From an uncultured Pseudomonadales bacterium (GTDB taxonomy: Bacteria; Patescibacteriota; Microgenomatia; UBA1400; CG1-02-47-37), in NCBI GenBank assembly GCA_964630755.1, contig CAZVYS010000001.1, forward strand, positions 25,893-89,892: a DNA stretch of 64,000 bases, written 5' to 3'. Shown here one piece after another: positions 1-9,113 of this stretch (positions are counted from its first letter, which is position 1; each line of letters begins with the position of its first letter). The notes beneath the pieces were generated by a model that was given only the letters and a program-made list of their open reading frames with translations, made no database searches and was not told the DNA's origin. The position numbers were made by a program, and so were the translations under genes.

Positions 1-81
1 TTCGTGTTTTCTTAAAACCTTTAGATAGGTATCTGGGGTGATTTTTTCCAGCATAGTTAAAGCCTTAATTAAAGGTTTCAT
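1..81 (-). CDS. hypothetical protein, 5' end only (gene runs off the left edge; start ATG as reverse complement of 79-81)
   Basis: Reverse complement of 1-81 reads ATG AAA CCT TTA ATT AAG... (MKPLIKALTMLEKITPDTYLKVLRKHE) with no stop before the window edge. Divergent from the methyltransferase gene. Confidence 0.2.
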   Translation of the reverse strand, partial: MKPLIKALTMLEKITPDTYLKVLRKHE

Positions 82-90
82 TTTTTTCTG

Positions 91-858
91 GTGAATTTTT
101 GGGTTAAAATCAAACTTAGACATATGGATAAAAAGACAGCTGGTAAGCTAAATCAAATTAATCAAGATTTCTACTTAAAGGTTCAGGAGTATTTTAACAG
201 AACAAGGCAATATTACTGGCGAGGGTTTGAAAAATTACTTCCCTATTTAGCTAACCTTCAGGGAGACTCCCTAAAGGTTCTTGATGTAGCTTGTGGGAAT
301 GGCCGATTTGGAAAGTTTTTAGCAGAAAAGGAAAGAAAGATTAAATACACAGGAATTGATAATAATCAGTATTTGTTAGATCAGGCTCAAAAAGACTTAC
401 CAAAAGCTAAGTTAATAAAACAGGATATTTTTGACAAATGGCAAGTTAAAGATAAATATGAGGTAATTGTTTTATTGGGTATTTTGCACCACATTCCAGG
501 TTTTGAAAATAGAGTAAAAATATTATTAAGAGCTAAAAAGAAATTAAAGAAAAACGGAGTGTTAATTTTTAGTTTATGGAGATTTGATAAGTCAAGAAAA
601 TATACCAGAAGAGTAATTAACTGGGGAGAGTTTAATCAAAATAGTAAGATAAAGATAAATCTAGATGAGCTTGAAAAAGGTGACAAAATAATAGACTGGA
701 AAAGAGGAGCTACAGCTTATCGATATGTGCATGTAACTTCTAAAATAGAGTTGGCTAAAATGATTGATAGGCTTCAAATGACAAAAACAAAAGAATTTTT
801 AGCTGATGGTGAGGAGAACAAGGGAAATAAATACGTTATTTTAAAAGCGGCAGCTTAA
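91..858 (+). CDS. class I SAM-dependent methyltransferase
   Basis: Motif I VLDVACGNGRFG with downstream acidic and hydrophobic motifs. The likelier start is the ATG at 124 (MDKKTAGK). Carries an in-frame palindromic element at 254-278 encoding LQGDSLKV just before motif I. Confidence 0.65.
   Translation: MNFWVKIKLRHMDKKTAGKLNQINQDFYLKVQEYFNRTRQYYWRGFEKLLPYLANLQGDSLKVLDVACGNGRFGKFLAEKERKIKYTGIDNNQYLLDQAQKDLPKAKLIKQDIFDKWQVKDKYEVIVLLGILHHIPGFENRVKILLRAKKKLKKNGVLIFSLWRFDKSRKYTRRVINWGEFNQNSKIKINLDELEKGDKIIDWKRGATAYRYVHVTSKIELAKMIDRLQMTKTKEFLADGEENKGNKYVILKAAA
254..278. repeat. palindromic element copy A (ACCTTCAGGGAGACTCCCTAAAGGT), in-frame in the methyltransferase
   Basis: Imperfect palindrome with a GGAGACTCC core and CCTTCAGG / CCTAAAGG arms. 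Translated as N-LQGDSLKV-L. Confidence 0.7.
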
Positions 859-1306
859 ATGGTTTTTGAAGATATTTTTTATAATTATTAATCATATCTA
901 AGTGATCAAAGGCTATTTCTTTCGAATTTGGTAGATTGTTAAGGTTAAACCATTTAGCTTGTTTAATTTCATGATCAGGCTCTTTAATTTTTTTTAAAGG
1001 TTTTAGTAAATGAACAAAAGAAATGTTTTGACGATCTTCATTTTTTCGATCAGGATTATCAATAATTTGAAATAAATCAATTACTTTGGTTTGATAGCCG
1101 GTTTCTTCAAAAACTTCTCGTTTGGCAGCTTTTTTTACAGTTTCATCTCTTTCAACATAACCACCTGGTAGTGCCCATTTATTTGGCTCTAGATACTTAG
1201 AGCCTCGTTTGACTAATAGAATTTGGTTGTCTTTAGTAACCAAATTATCAACTACTACATGGCGAAGTAAAACTTTGTTCTGGTTTTCAAAATTACAGGT
1301 AATCAT
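836..1306 (-). CDS. NUDIX hydrolase
   Basis: Nudix box GGYVERDETVKKAAKREVFEETG (GX5EX7REUXEEXGU). Confidence 0.75.
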   Translation of the reverse strand: MITCNFENQNKVLLRHVVVDNLVTKDNQILLVKRGSKYLEPNKWALPGGYVERDETVKKAAKREVFEETGYQTKVIDLFQIIDNPDRKNEDRQNISFVHLLKPLKKIKEPDHEIKQAKWFNLNNLPNSKEIAFDHLDMINNYKKYLQKPFKLPLLK

Positions 1307-2103
1307 TAACTAATAATGGGTTTGACAATCTTGATTATTGATTTAGTTAAGTTTTTTGGACCAATAACTAAAGAGTGTTGATAGGATTTAATGTTAGGGT
1401 GATTAACATCCGGTGGTTTAGAAATAAATTGATAGTAAAGATTGGCTTCTTTGGCAAAGAGAATAATGGCGGCAATATCCCAGATGGCTAGTTTAGTAAA
1501 AATAGCACAGTCAACTCTATCTAGAACTATATTTATGCCGTTAAAAACACAACTACCAAAATAGCGTGGATAGGGAATTATTTTTTTTAACTTGTTGCTT
1601 ATTTCGTAACGCTCTTTATCAAATGATCCATGGGAATAAACTAGAAATTTTGCAGTTACAGAAGGCTTTGAAAGATGTTTTTGATTATTTAGATACAAAC
1701 CATGATTTTTTTTTGCATGAATTAATTCGTTTTGCATGGGAAGTGAGGCAATGGCATAAAGTGGTTGATTTTGATGCCATAAAGCTATCGAGGTGGCAAA
1801 AATAGGAATAGCTTGAGCAAAATTTGAGGTGCCATCGATTGGGTCGATGATCCAGTTATATTCTTTTACTTTTGGCTTGGTTTCTTCTCCAATAAATCCT
1901 GATTCTGGTAATAATTTAGCTAATTTATTCTTGATCATTTCCTCAACTTGATGGTCAACCTGGGTAACAATAGAAATAGAAGAATTTTTAGATTTTTTGT
2001 AAGAAATTTCTAGCTCAGTGTTAAATTTTTCAAGAATTAGTTTGTTGGTTTTTTTTAATAACGAGCAAAGTTCTTGATGAATGTGGTTTAAATCTGGTTT
2101 CAT
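1306..2103 (-). CDS. inositol monophosphatase family protein (IMPase / SuhB / CysQ-like)
   Basis: Metal-binding motif WIIDPIDGTSNF typical of the IMPase/FBPase family. Overlaps the NUDIX gene by 1 nt. Confidence 0.7.
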   Translation of the reverse strand: MKPDLNHIHQELCSLLKKTNKLILEKFNTELEISYKKSKNSSISIVTQVDHQVEEMIKNKLAKLLPESGFIGEETKPKVKEYNWIIDPIDGTSNFAQAIPIFATSIALWHQNQPLYAIASLPMQNELIHAKKNHGLYLNNQKHLSKPSVTAKFLVYSHGSFDKERYEISNKLKKIIPYPRYFGSCVFNGINIVLDRVDCAIFTKLAIWDIAAIILFAKEANLYYQFISKPPDVNHPNIKSYQHSLVIGPKNLTKSIIKIVKPIIS

Positions 2104-2120
2104 TTAGTTATGATATCACA

Positions 2121-3257
2121 CTATAATTTAATAGTTTCAGCTTGCAAGGTAATTTTGTTAATAACTTTGTCTATTGGATAATCTGATTCAATTTGTTTAA
2201 CTTTTTCTAAGTTAGCTCTCGTGGCTGGTTTTTTACTCACTAAACTACAACAATCTTTGTAGGGTTTAATTGCTTGTTTTTCTAGGTCAATATTCTTAAC
2301 TAAGTTAATAATATCTTTTTTATCCATACCGATAAGGGGCCTAAAGATAGGGATGCCAACAGATTCATCAACAGCAACAATGTTTTCCATGGTTTGGGAA
2401 GCCACTTGACCTAAAGAATCACCTAAAACTAAAGCCTGGTAGCCGTGTTTCTTGGCTAGGTTCTCCCCGACTTTAACCATCAGACGTCTAAAAACAACTA
2501 GTTCTTGTTTTTGGAGCTTAGAATCAATTTCTAAAGCTGTTATTTGAAATGGAGTGTATGAAGATAAAAATAGCTTTTGAGATTGAGTGTAACTTGACAG
2601 TTTATCAACAATGGATTTTATTTTTGAGTTTAAAACTTTTTTTTGATCGGCAAAGACATGAAAGTGTAAATAATCGACCTTGGCTCCCCTTTTGGACATT
2701 AAATAACTTGAGGCAATTGAGTCAAAACCACCAGATAACAAAGATAAGACTTTACCAGAGGTGCCAACTGGCAGGCCACCGGATCCAGAAATCTTTTTTG
2801 TGTACAAGTGAGTGAAATTTTTGTTAATTATGATAAAAATTTGAGTTTGAGGATTTTTTAGATTAACTTTTGATTTGGTTGCTTTTCTGACTGCCTCTCC
2901 TACCTTAATGGCTACATCTTGACTATTAAATGAAATGGTTTTATCAGCTCGTGTAACGCGAAGAGCAAAGCTTTTTGGTTTTGAAGCTAATTTTATAGCT
3001 TGCCTTGAAATTTCTTTTAAATTGGTTTTAGTTTCTTTTATATGAGCAAACCAGGCAATGCCAAATACATTTTGAAGTTTATTTATGCTTTGATTAATTA
3101 AACTAGATTTCACCTCTATAAATAACTGTTTTCTTCCCAGAGTGACAATAACTGGATTAATAGTCTGTTTAATGTTTCTGATAAGCTGATGTTCGAAGTC
3201 TTTTCGGTTGTGGCCTTTGAGACCAATTTCTGCGTACCGAACGAGAATTTTTGCCAT
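2121..3257 (-). CDS. thiI: tRNA 4-thiouridine(8) synthase ThiI
   Basis: N-terminal THUMP-like region plus PP-loop SGGFDS. Length and order are typical of ThiI. Confidence 0.8.
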   Translation of the reverse strand: MAKILVRYAEIGLKGHNRKDFEHQLIRNIKQTINPVIVTLGRKQLFIEVKSSLINQSINKLQNVFGIAWFAHIKETKTNLKEISRQAIKLASKPKSFALRVTRADKTISFNSQDVAIKVGEAVRKATKSKVNLKNPQTQIFIIINKNFTHLYTKKISGSGGLPVGTSGKVLSLLSGGFDSIASSYLMSKRGAKVDYLHFHVFADQKKVLNSKIKSIVDKLSSYTQSQKLFLSSYTPFQITALEIDSKLQKQELVVFRRLMVKVGENLAKKHGYQALVLGDSLGQVASQTMENIVAVDESVGIPIFRPLIGMDKKDIINLVKNIDLEKQAIKPYKDCCSLVSKKPATRANLEKVKQIESDYPIDKVINKITLQAETIKL

Positions 3258-3290
3258 ATAAGGGTATTTTATAATAAAATAGACAATAAT

Positions 3291-3359
3291 GCCGGATAGT
3301 AAAATGGCATTACAATTGGTTCTGGACCAATTATTCTAGGTTCGAGTCCTAGTCCGGCA
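3291..3359 (+). tRNA. tRNA, probable tRNA-Gln (anticodon CTG)
   Basis: Cloverleaf: acceptor GCCGGAT / (G)TCCGGC with discriminator A; D-arm GTAA-AATGGCA-TTAC containing GG; anticodon stem ATTGG/CCAAT with loop TTCTGGA (U33, anticodon CUG); short variable loop; T-arm CTAGG-TTCGAGT-CCTAG. The isotype is less certain than the tRNA call itself. Confidence 0.5.
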
Positions 3360-3373
3360 ACAGATCAGAAAAG

Positions 3374-4558
3374 TTATTTAAGTTGTTTTTTGGTGTAGAT
3401 CCAGATTCCGCCCAGGCCTGAAAGCAAAGCTATAAGGCTAACAAAGGCTCCGACTCCAGGAATAAGTTTTAGAAGATAAAGAGCTAGTAAGCCTAAAGAG
3501 AAAGTGACTTGAGGGCTGACTTTTTTCCAGTTTAAATACTTATCAAGAGTGAGGCCAATGGCCATGGCAGTAAATAATTTAGCTAAGCTAAGCTCAATAA
3601 TAAACACCATTGCTAAAATGGCGGCTAAAGGAAAACCTACTCCAGTAATGGCTAATAGCATTAACGCAGGAAAGGTTAATATGACTAAAACTAGTCCCCA
3701 ACCAAGACTTGATAGAAATTTTGATTTAATGTTACCGGCAATAGCTAGGGTTGGTTTTTTTAGTAACCAAAGTAAGACTAAGCCAACAATCAAACTAGAG
3801 AAAAAAGATATTACCTTAAATGCATACTTAGCATTAGACAAATTCTTGTTAAGATTCATTTTGAATTGCTTGTTATTCCATTCGTTTGACTTTGGAGTAT
3901 GGCGTTTTGTTTCACCTAAAATAACAGCCTGATCATCGATCTGAAGATCTTTTTCGGTAGCGTAGGTTAGGTTGCCATTAATAACTGTTTTGGGGCCAAA
4001 ACTTACATCTTCACCACCAATATAGGCTTCGCCGCCAACTGGAGCGTTGTGTTTAAAGTTACCGGCACCAACCATAAGGTTTCTTAAGACTGGAGCTTGA
4101 TTATCAAGCATTCCTGTGCCTGCCAGTAGAGAACCATTTATCTTAGATTGATCATCAACTTTAATAGAACCTGCGCCTACAAGCATGCCGTCACCAATAG
4201 TAGAATCTGTAACAGTTAAATCACCTGCACCAACGACTAAATCATCACCAATTTGACCGTTAATATAGACTTTTCCAGAACCAACGATTAGATCGCCGGT
4301 AATGCTGCCAGAAAAATTAACAACGCCGGCACCAACATAAACATCGCCATCAATAGTGCCAAAGATGTCGACTGTGTCGGCGGCAAGAAATAGATCGTCG
4401 GTGATAACCTCAGATTTTTCGATAACAATGCTGCCTTCGCCTTCTTTTTTAAGAATAACTTTTGCCTGAGTAGTAGAGGCAAAAATAAATAGACTGATAA
4501 ATAGAATAAGAATAATTTTTAGTTTTTTCATATAGATAAAATATACTCTATTTTCCAA
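3374..4558 (-). CDS. membrane protein with an N-terminal signal peptide, Gly-rich beta-helical (bactofilin-like) repeats and a C-terminal four-helix transmembrane domain
   Basis: Repeats of G-x-I/V-x-G-D-L-x-V-G-A-G (GDLIVGSGKVYINGQIGDDLVVGAGDLTV...) followed by about four hydrophobic helices. The likelier start is MKKLKIILILF. Confidence 0.35.
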   Translation of the reverse strand: MENRVYFIYMKKLKIILILFISLFIFASTTQAKVILKKEGEGSIVIEKSEVITDDLFLAADTVDIFGTIDGDVYVGAGVVNFSGSITGDLIVGSGKVYINGQIGDDLVVGAGDLTVTDSTIGDGMLVGAGSIKVDDQSKINGSLLAGTGMLDNQAPVLRNLMVGAGNFKHNAPVGGEAYIGGEDVSFGPKTVINGNLTYATEKDLQIDDQAVILGETKRHTPKSNEWNNKQFKMNLNKNLSNAKYAFKVISFFSSLIVGLVLLWLLKKPTLAIAGNIKSKFLSSLGWGLVLVILTFPALMLLAITGVGFPLAAILAMVFIIELSLAKLFTAMAIGLTLDKYLNWKKVSPQVTFSLGLLALYLLKLIPGVGAFVSLIALLSGLGGIWIYTKKQLK

Positions 4559-4593
4559 AGAATTTATAGATCTAGATATGATAATATCAACAT

Positions 4594-6378
4594 ATGAAGG
4601 AAATACGAAATATTCTATTGCAGATTCCTAAATTTAAGCGTCGATTCGCAATGTTTGTGGTGGCAGTGATTATTGCTCAAGGAGTGGCAATTCAATTAAT
4701 TCCCTTGGTTGACAGAGAAATAACTAGTTTAGTGGAAAAAGCCATAAAAGGTGAGGTGATTCCAGTTTCAAGTTTTTACCCCTATGCATTAATCGTGGCA
4801 CTAGCTTACCTAGTATTTCGCATATTTAATCGAATTTCTTACACTTTGACTAGTATTTTAAGAGAAGAGGTTTGGAATCATACTTTTAGAACTGGATTTG
4901 CCAAGGTTTTGTTTCATGACCTTGAATATATTACAGCTGATCGATCAGGAGGGCTTTTAAGTAAACTTGAACGAGCTTCGACTAGTTTTGCTAATTTATT
5001 TACCGAATCGGCGGCGGCTCTTTTTCGGAATCTTTCAAAGGCATTTGCTTCATTAATTATTATTTTTAGTATTTCATGGGAAATAGGCTTGGGTGTCTTG
5101 GGAACTATGATTACTTATTATATTGTTTACTGGTTTAGGTTTAAGCTTGATATTCCATATGCTGAAAAAAGAGACAAATTTGCTGATGATGAGTTTAGTC
5201 GAGTATGGGAGGTTATTCCTCAATCAAAAATCAGTAAGATTTTTACAAATGAAAAGAAAGAAATTAAAAATATTGCTTGGATTGGAGATGAGATTATTAA
5301 GATTATTAAAAAACGTGAACTTTTGTGGTCATATGCCAATATAGCTGAGTATCCGTTAGTAACTATTCCAACTATTGTTATTAAACTTTGGGCGGCTTGG
5401 ATGGCTATTAACGGCAGATTTGGCATTCCGACTTTTGTGCTTCTTTATTCGATGATTTCAATAGTTCAAGAGCCAATGTGGGTAATTAACTGGTTTATGT
5501 GGGAGATGCAAGATACTTTTAATAGAGCAAAAAAGTATCTGAAGATTCTTCGCTCAAAAGAAAAAGTTCTAGATCCAGTCAAGCCTGAACGAATAGCTAA
5601 TCCTTTTGGAGATATAAAATTTGAACAGGTCAGCTTTAGCTATTCTCAGGGCCAAAAAAATGTTTTTAAGAAGATAAATCTTAACTTTTCAGGTAAACAA
5701 TTTACAGCCTTAGTGGGAAAATCTGGAGCAGGAAAATCGACGATTACCAACATGATCTGTCGTTTCTTTGACGTTTCCGAAGGCAAGATAACTATTAGCG
5801 GACAGGATATTCGTAAGTTGGCTAAAAAAGATTTACGATCACATATTGGTTTTGTGACCCAAGAGTCCTTTGTTTTCTCTGGGACTGTGGCAGAAAACCT
5901 TCGATATGCAAAAGTTGATGCAACTGATGATGAAATTATGACTGCTATTAAGAAAGCTTATGCGTGGGAATTTATTAAGAACTTTAAAAAAGGCATTCAG
6001 ACCGAAATTGGAGAACGGGGAATAAAACTGTCAGGAGGACAACGTCAACGCTTGTCCATTGCTCGAACTATACTAAAAAATCCATCGATACTTATCTTAG
6101 ATGAAGCGACCAACTCTCTTGATTCTGAGTCTGAGATGGCTGTGCAGCAAGCTCTTGAAAATTTTATGAAAGATCGAACAGTGATTGTGGTGGCGCATCG
6201 TTTGTCTACTGTGCAAAATGCCGATAAGATTTATTTAATTGATGATGGTCAAGTTCAAGAAGAAGGCAACCATCAAGAACTTCTGAAGAAAAACGGAGTT
6301 TATAAAATGTTGTATGAAATTCAATCTGGTGGTTTTGAGAAAAATCGCAAGATTATGCAAGAGTATGAACTTTTATGA
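4594..6378 (+). CDS. ABC transporter, fused permease/ATP-binding protein (type I exporter, MsbA-like)
   Basis: N-terminal transmembrane domain; Walker A GKSGAGKST; signature LSGGQRQR; Walker B ILILDEAT; H-loop. Confidence 0.8.
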   Translation: MKEIRNILLQIPKFKRRFAMFVVAVIIAQGVAIQLIPLVDREITSLVEKAIKGEVIPVSSFYPYALIVALAYLVFRIFNRISYTLTSILREEVWNHTFRTGFAKVLFHDLEYITADRSGGLLSKLERASTSFANLFTESAAALFRNLSKAFASLIIIFSISWEIGLGVLGTMITYYIVYWFRFKLDIPYAEKRDKFADDEFSRVWEVIPQSKISKIFTNEKKEIKNIAWIGDEIIKIIKKRELLWSYANIAEYPLVTIPTIVIKLWAAWMAINGRFGIPTFVLLYSMISIVQEPMWVINWFMWEMQDTFNRAKKYLKILRSKEKVLDPVKPERIANPFGDIKFEQVSFSYSQGQKNVFKKINLNFSGKQFTALVGKSGAGKSTITNMICRFFDVSEGKITISGQDIRKLAKKDLRSHIGFVTQESFVFSGTVAENLRYAKVDATDDEIMTAIKKAYAWEFIKNFKKGIQTEIGERGIKLSGGQRQRLSIARTILKNPSILILDEATNSLDSESEMAVQQALENFMKDRTVIVVAHRLSTVQNADKIYLIDDGQVQEEGNHQELLKKNGVYKMLYEIQSGGFEKNRKIMQEYELL

Positions 6379-7475
6379 TAAAACTTGATCTTTCTGATCG
6401 AACAAATATGTTTTACTGGCAGACTAATCGTCGGATTTCTGCCAAAGTGATGAAAGAAATATTTTTAGATCGATCTAAAAGCTTTGATAAATCAGTAATA
6501 AAACCAGCAGTTGAGTATGGAATGCAAAAGGCTGGAAAAAGTAAAAAAGAATCAAAAGTTGTAGAAATTGGAGATTTAATAACAGATGGTTTGGTAAACA
6601 ATGTATTAAGAGTAAGAATTGCCGATGAAACTGAAGTGATTTTTCGAATGCATCCAAAAGGAGTTAAAAACGGATACTTCTGGGCAGAAAGTGTAGCGGC
6701 TTTTAAGGCTATAGAAAAAGGGGTGTCAACATATACTACTTATATTATTGTTGATGACAGAGAAAAGTTTGATTTTGATTTTATGATCATGGAAGCTTTA
6801 CCAGGTGAAACAATGAGAAATTTTACAAAATCAGGAGAAATTGAGTATCAGTGGGAAGAACAGTTAATTAGACAAACAGGGAAATATTTAGGCTTGATTC
6901 ATCAAGTGAAACCAAAGGGTTTTGGATTTTTTGATAATCAAGTGGCTAAAAAAGAACAAATATTGAAAGGGCAGTATAAAACTTTTAAAGAACATATCTT
7001 TGCAGCCTTAGATAATGATCTTGATAACTTAGAAAAGTTTAAAACTATTAAAAAAGGCCAAAAGAAAAAAATAAAAAAACTATTTGAAGATGGTAAAGAT
7101 TTAATGAATTGTAAGTCACCTGTCTTAATCCATAATGACGTAGCTGACTGGAATACTTTATCTAATGGCAAAAAAGTAACAGGTATTATTGACTGGGATG
7201 AAAGTGTATCTGGAGACCCGGTGATGGATTTTTCTGCTTATAGTTTGTTTTTTGGAGAACCTAGAATGAGTTGGTTTAAAGAAGGGTATAAGGAAACTAA
7301 TGACATACCAGATAACTTTGAAGATAAATTCCAGCTGTTTAAATTAAGGTATTTGGTATCAAAGCTTTGGTTAAGGGTAAGTATGGCTTCTGTTCATGAT
7401 TCACCAGGACTTCAGCGAAATATTAAACGTGGCTTTGAAGCTTTAGAGGAAGTATTTACTTATTTTAAGGTTTAG
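6375..7475 (+). CDS. phosphotransferase family protein (APH/ChoK/Kdo-kinase-like fold)
   Basis: Catalytic loop IHNDVADWN and IIDWDESVSGDP, matching the HxDxxxxN ... IDWE pattern of aminoglycoside/choline kinase-like enzymes. Overlaps the ABC gene by 4 nt. Confidence 0.55.
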   Translation: MIKLDLSDRTNMFYWQTNRRISAKVMKEIFLDRSKSFDKSVIKPAVEYGMQKAGKSKKESKVVEIGDLITDGLVNNVLRVRIADETEVIFRMHPKGVKNGYFWAESVAAFKAIEKGVSTYTTYIIVDDREKFDFDFMIMEALPGETMRNFTKSGEIEYQWEEQLIRQTGKYLGLIHQVKPKGFGFFDNQVAKKEQILKGQYKTFKEHIFAALDNDLDNLEKFKTIKKGQKKKIKKLFEDGKDLMNCKSPVLIHNDVADWNTLSNGKKVTGIIDWDESVSGDPVMDFSAYSLFFGEPRMSWFKEGYKETNDIPDNFEDKFQLFKLRYLVSKLWLRVSMASVHDSPGLQRNIKRGFEALEEVFTYFKV

Positions 7476-7481
7476 AGTGTC

Positions 7482-7985
7482 ATGAAAAATAACTATTCAT
7501 TGTGGGTAGTGCCACCTACAAAGATTAAGCAACAACTAGAAACTGTTATAAATCAGTTGAGTAATGAGTATAATGCGCCCAGATTTGAAGCTCATATGAC
7601 AATTTTAGGAGGATTTGATGAAGAAGAAAAAGAAATGCTTAATAAAGCGCGGCAAATAGCTAAAAAAATAAAACCATTTGTATTGAGCCTAGATAAAGTT
7701 TCTTGCAGTACAACCTATGTTCAAAATGTTTTAGTTAGAGTAACCGTAACCAAAGAAGTACTTGAAGCTAACATGGTGGCAAAAAAAGTAATGAAAAAAG
7801 AAAATGACATGTTTATGCCGCATATTAGCCTAATGTATGGGGATCATACTATGAAAGAAAGAGCTGAGATTGCTTTAAAAATTAATCTACCCAGAGAGAT
7901 ATCATTTGATGTAAGCAAACTGGTGGTAATGGAAACTGGAGCTAATATTGAAAAATGGAAGTGTTTAGACGAGATTTCATTCTGA
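7482..7985 (+). CDS. 2H phosphoesterase superfamily protein (LigT / cyclic phosphodiesterase-like)
   Basis: Two H-x-T/S-x motifs, HMTILGGF and HISLMYG, spaced as in 2'-5' RNA ligase / 2H enzymes. Confidence 0.5.
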   Translation: MKNNYSLWVVPPTKIKQQLETVINQLSNEYNAPRFEAHMTILGGFDEEEKEMLNKARQIAKKIKPFVLSLDKVSCSTTYVQNVLVRVTVTKEVLEANMVAKKVMKKENDMFMPHISLMYGDHTMKERAEIALKINLPREISFDVSKLVVMETGANIEKWKCLDEISF

Positions 7986-8003
7986 CAAGGCCGGGCCTTG
8001 TCA
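7983..8003. terminator. GC-rich perfect hairpin (TGACAAGGCC-G-GGCCTTGTCA) between convergent genes, probably a bidirectional terminator
   Basis: A 10-bp inverted repeat followed by ATTTAATT. Its AAGG/CCTT arms echo the dispersed palindromic element. Confidence 0.35.
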
Positions 8004-8004
8004 T

Positions 8005-8583
8005 TTAATTAGGGATGCAGTTTGGCCAAATGTAGGCTTGGTTAATCGATAAAACATAGGCAGCTGTTCTAGCTGATTCTTTGGCGTTGAAGCGTAAATC
8101 TGGGTTTATGTCTTTATTCATCAAGTTTCTGTAGTGGATCCAAGTGTTGGGAGAAAACTGAAACAAACCAGCATAAGATAAATGCTGAGAACTTGGGTTA
8201 AAATCAGATTCACAGACTGCAATGTGACGAAAAATATGAAGGTCAATATTGTATTCTTTTGCGTATTTTTCAAAAAAACCATGAATTTCTTCGGAGGTGA
8301 ACTCAGGTTGCGGAGATGGACTGGGCCCGGCATTCGCCGGGTAAAGTTTTTTAATATTCTCAGTAGTTTCAGGGGTATTCACCCCTGAGTTATTACTAGT
8401 AGTTTTTTGGACTTTTGGAGAAGGTATGGGTGATGGAGCGGGAAAGTATGATAAGTCAGGAGTGAAGGTAGAAACAGGGTCTAGAAATTCTTGATTTTCT
8501 AATAAATTTTGCTGACTAATAATAACTAAGGGAATAATTACAAAAATAACAAGCTTGAACCAAGATAATGGTTTTTTTAACAT
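8005..8583 (-). CDS. secreted protein with an Rpf-like transglycosylase domain
   Basis: N-terminal transmembrane/signal segment and a Pro/Ser-rich linker. The C-terminus reads CESDFNPSSQHLSYAGLFQFSPNTW...NC, matching the transglycosylase-like (resuscitation-promoting-factor type) CES...GLFQFS..TW motif. Confidence 0.5.
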   Translation of the reverse strand: MLKKPLSWFKLVIFVIIPLVIISQQNLLENQEFLDPVSTFTPDLSYFPAPSPIPSPKVQKTTSNNSGVNTPETTENIKKLYPANAGPSPSPQPEFTSEEIHGFFEKYAKEYNIDLHIFRHIAVCESDFNPSSQHLSYAGLFQFSPNTWIHYRNLMNKDINPDLRFNAKESARTAAYVLSINQAYIWPNCIPN

Positions 8584-8609
8584 ATTTTACAAAGAGCAGA
8601 GATTATCCC

Positions 8610-9113
8610 CTATTTTCTTTTGAGCTGAAAATAGATGAAGGTATGCCGATTTTCTTTTTGGAGCTGACTAGTTTTTGTTAATTTAAACTGAGATTGATAT
8701 TTAGGAAAGAAAACGTCAGCTTTGAAATTTCCTTTAACACGAGTAATATATAGTTTGTCAGTTAAGGGAAGTGCTAAGTTGTAGATTTGACCACCGCCGA
8801 TAATAAAAATCTCTTGATTATCTTTGGTTTGAGCTAGTTTAATAGCTTTTTTTAATGAATTAACAAAGTATACATTTTGCTTTGGAGCGGAATGATTTTT
8901 ACTTCTTGATATGACAATGTGATCTCGACCAGGTAAAACACGCCCCAGAGATTCAAAGGTTTTTCTGCCCATAATAATAGGGTGACCGATGGTAAGGCTC
9001 TTAAATCTTTTTAAGTCAGCTGAGATATGCCAAAGGAGTTGATTGGTTTTAGTACTACCGATACCGAGTTTGTCATCGTGGGCAACAATTATTGAGATAG
9101 TTGGTTTTTTCAT
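8610..9113 (-). CDS. folA: dihydrofolate reductase
   Basis: ISIIVAHDDKLGIG...LPWH..DLKRFK..T.GHPIIMGRKTFES is a canonical DHFR N-terminus. Lies immediately downstream of thyA with a 1-nt overlap. Confidence 0.85.
   Translation of the reverse strand: MKKPTISIIVAHDDKLGIGSTKTNQLLWHISADLKRFKSLTIGHPIIMGRKTFESLGRVLPGRDHIVISRSKNHSAPKQNVYFVNSLKKAIKLAQTKDNQEIFIIGGGQIYNLALPLTDKLYITRVKGNFKADVFFPKYQSQFKLTKTSQLQKENRHTFIYFQLKRK

Noticed and set aside
1566-1805. Short antisense ORFs in the six-frame track (e.g. 1566-1805, 2549-2815, 3549-3932, 5123-5344, 8121-8388, 13085-13297, 21949-22284, 24050-24451, 45333-45530, 53002-53199, 61688-61921 and similar)
   Set aside because: Each lies entirely inside, and antisense or out of frame to, a longer gene with clear homology-type motifs. 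None has a ribosome-binding site or a recognisable motif, so they are treated as spurious.
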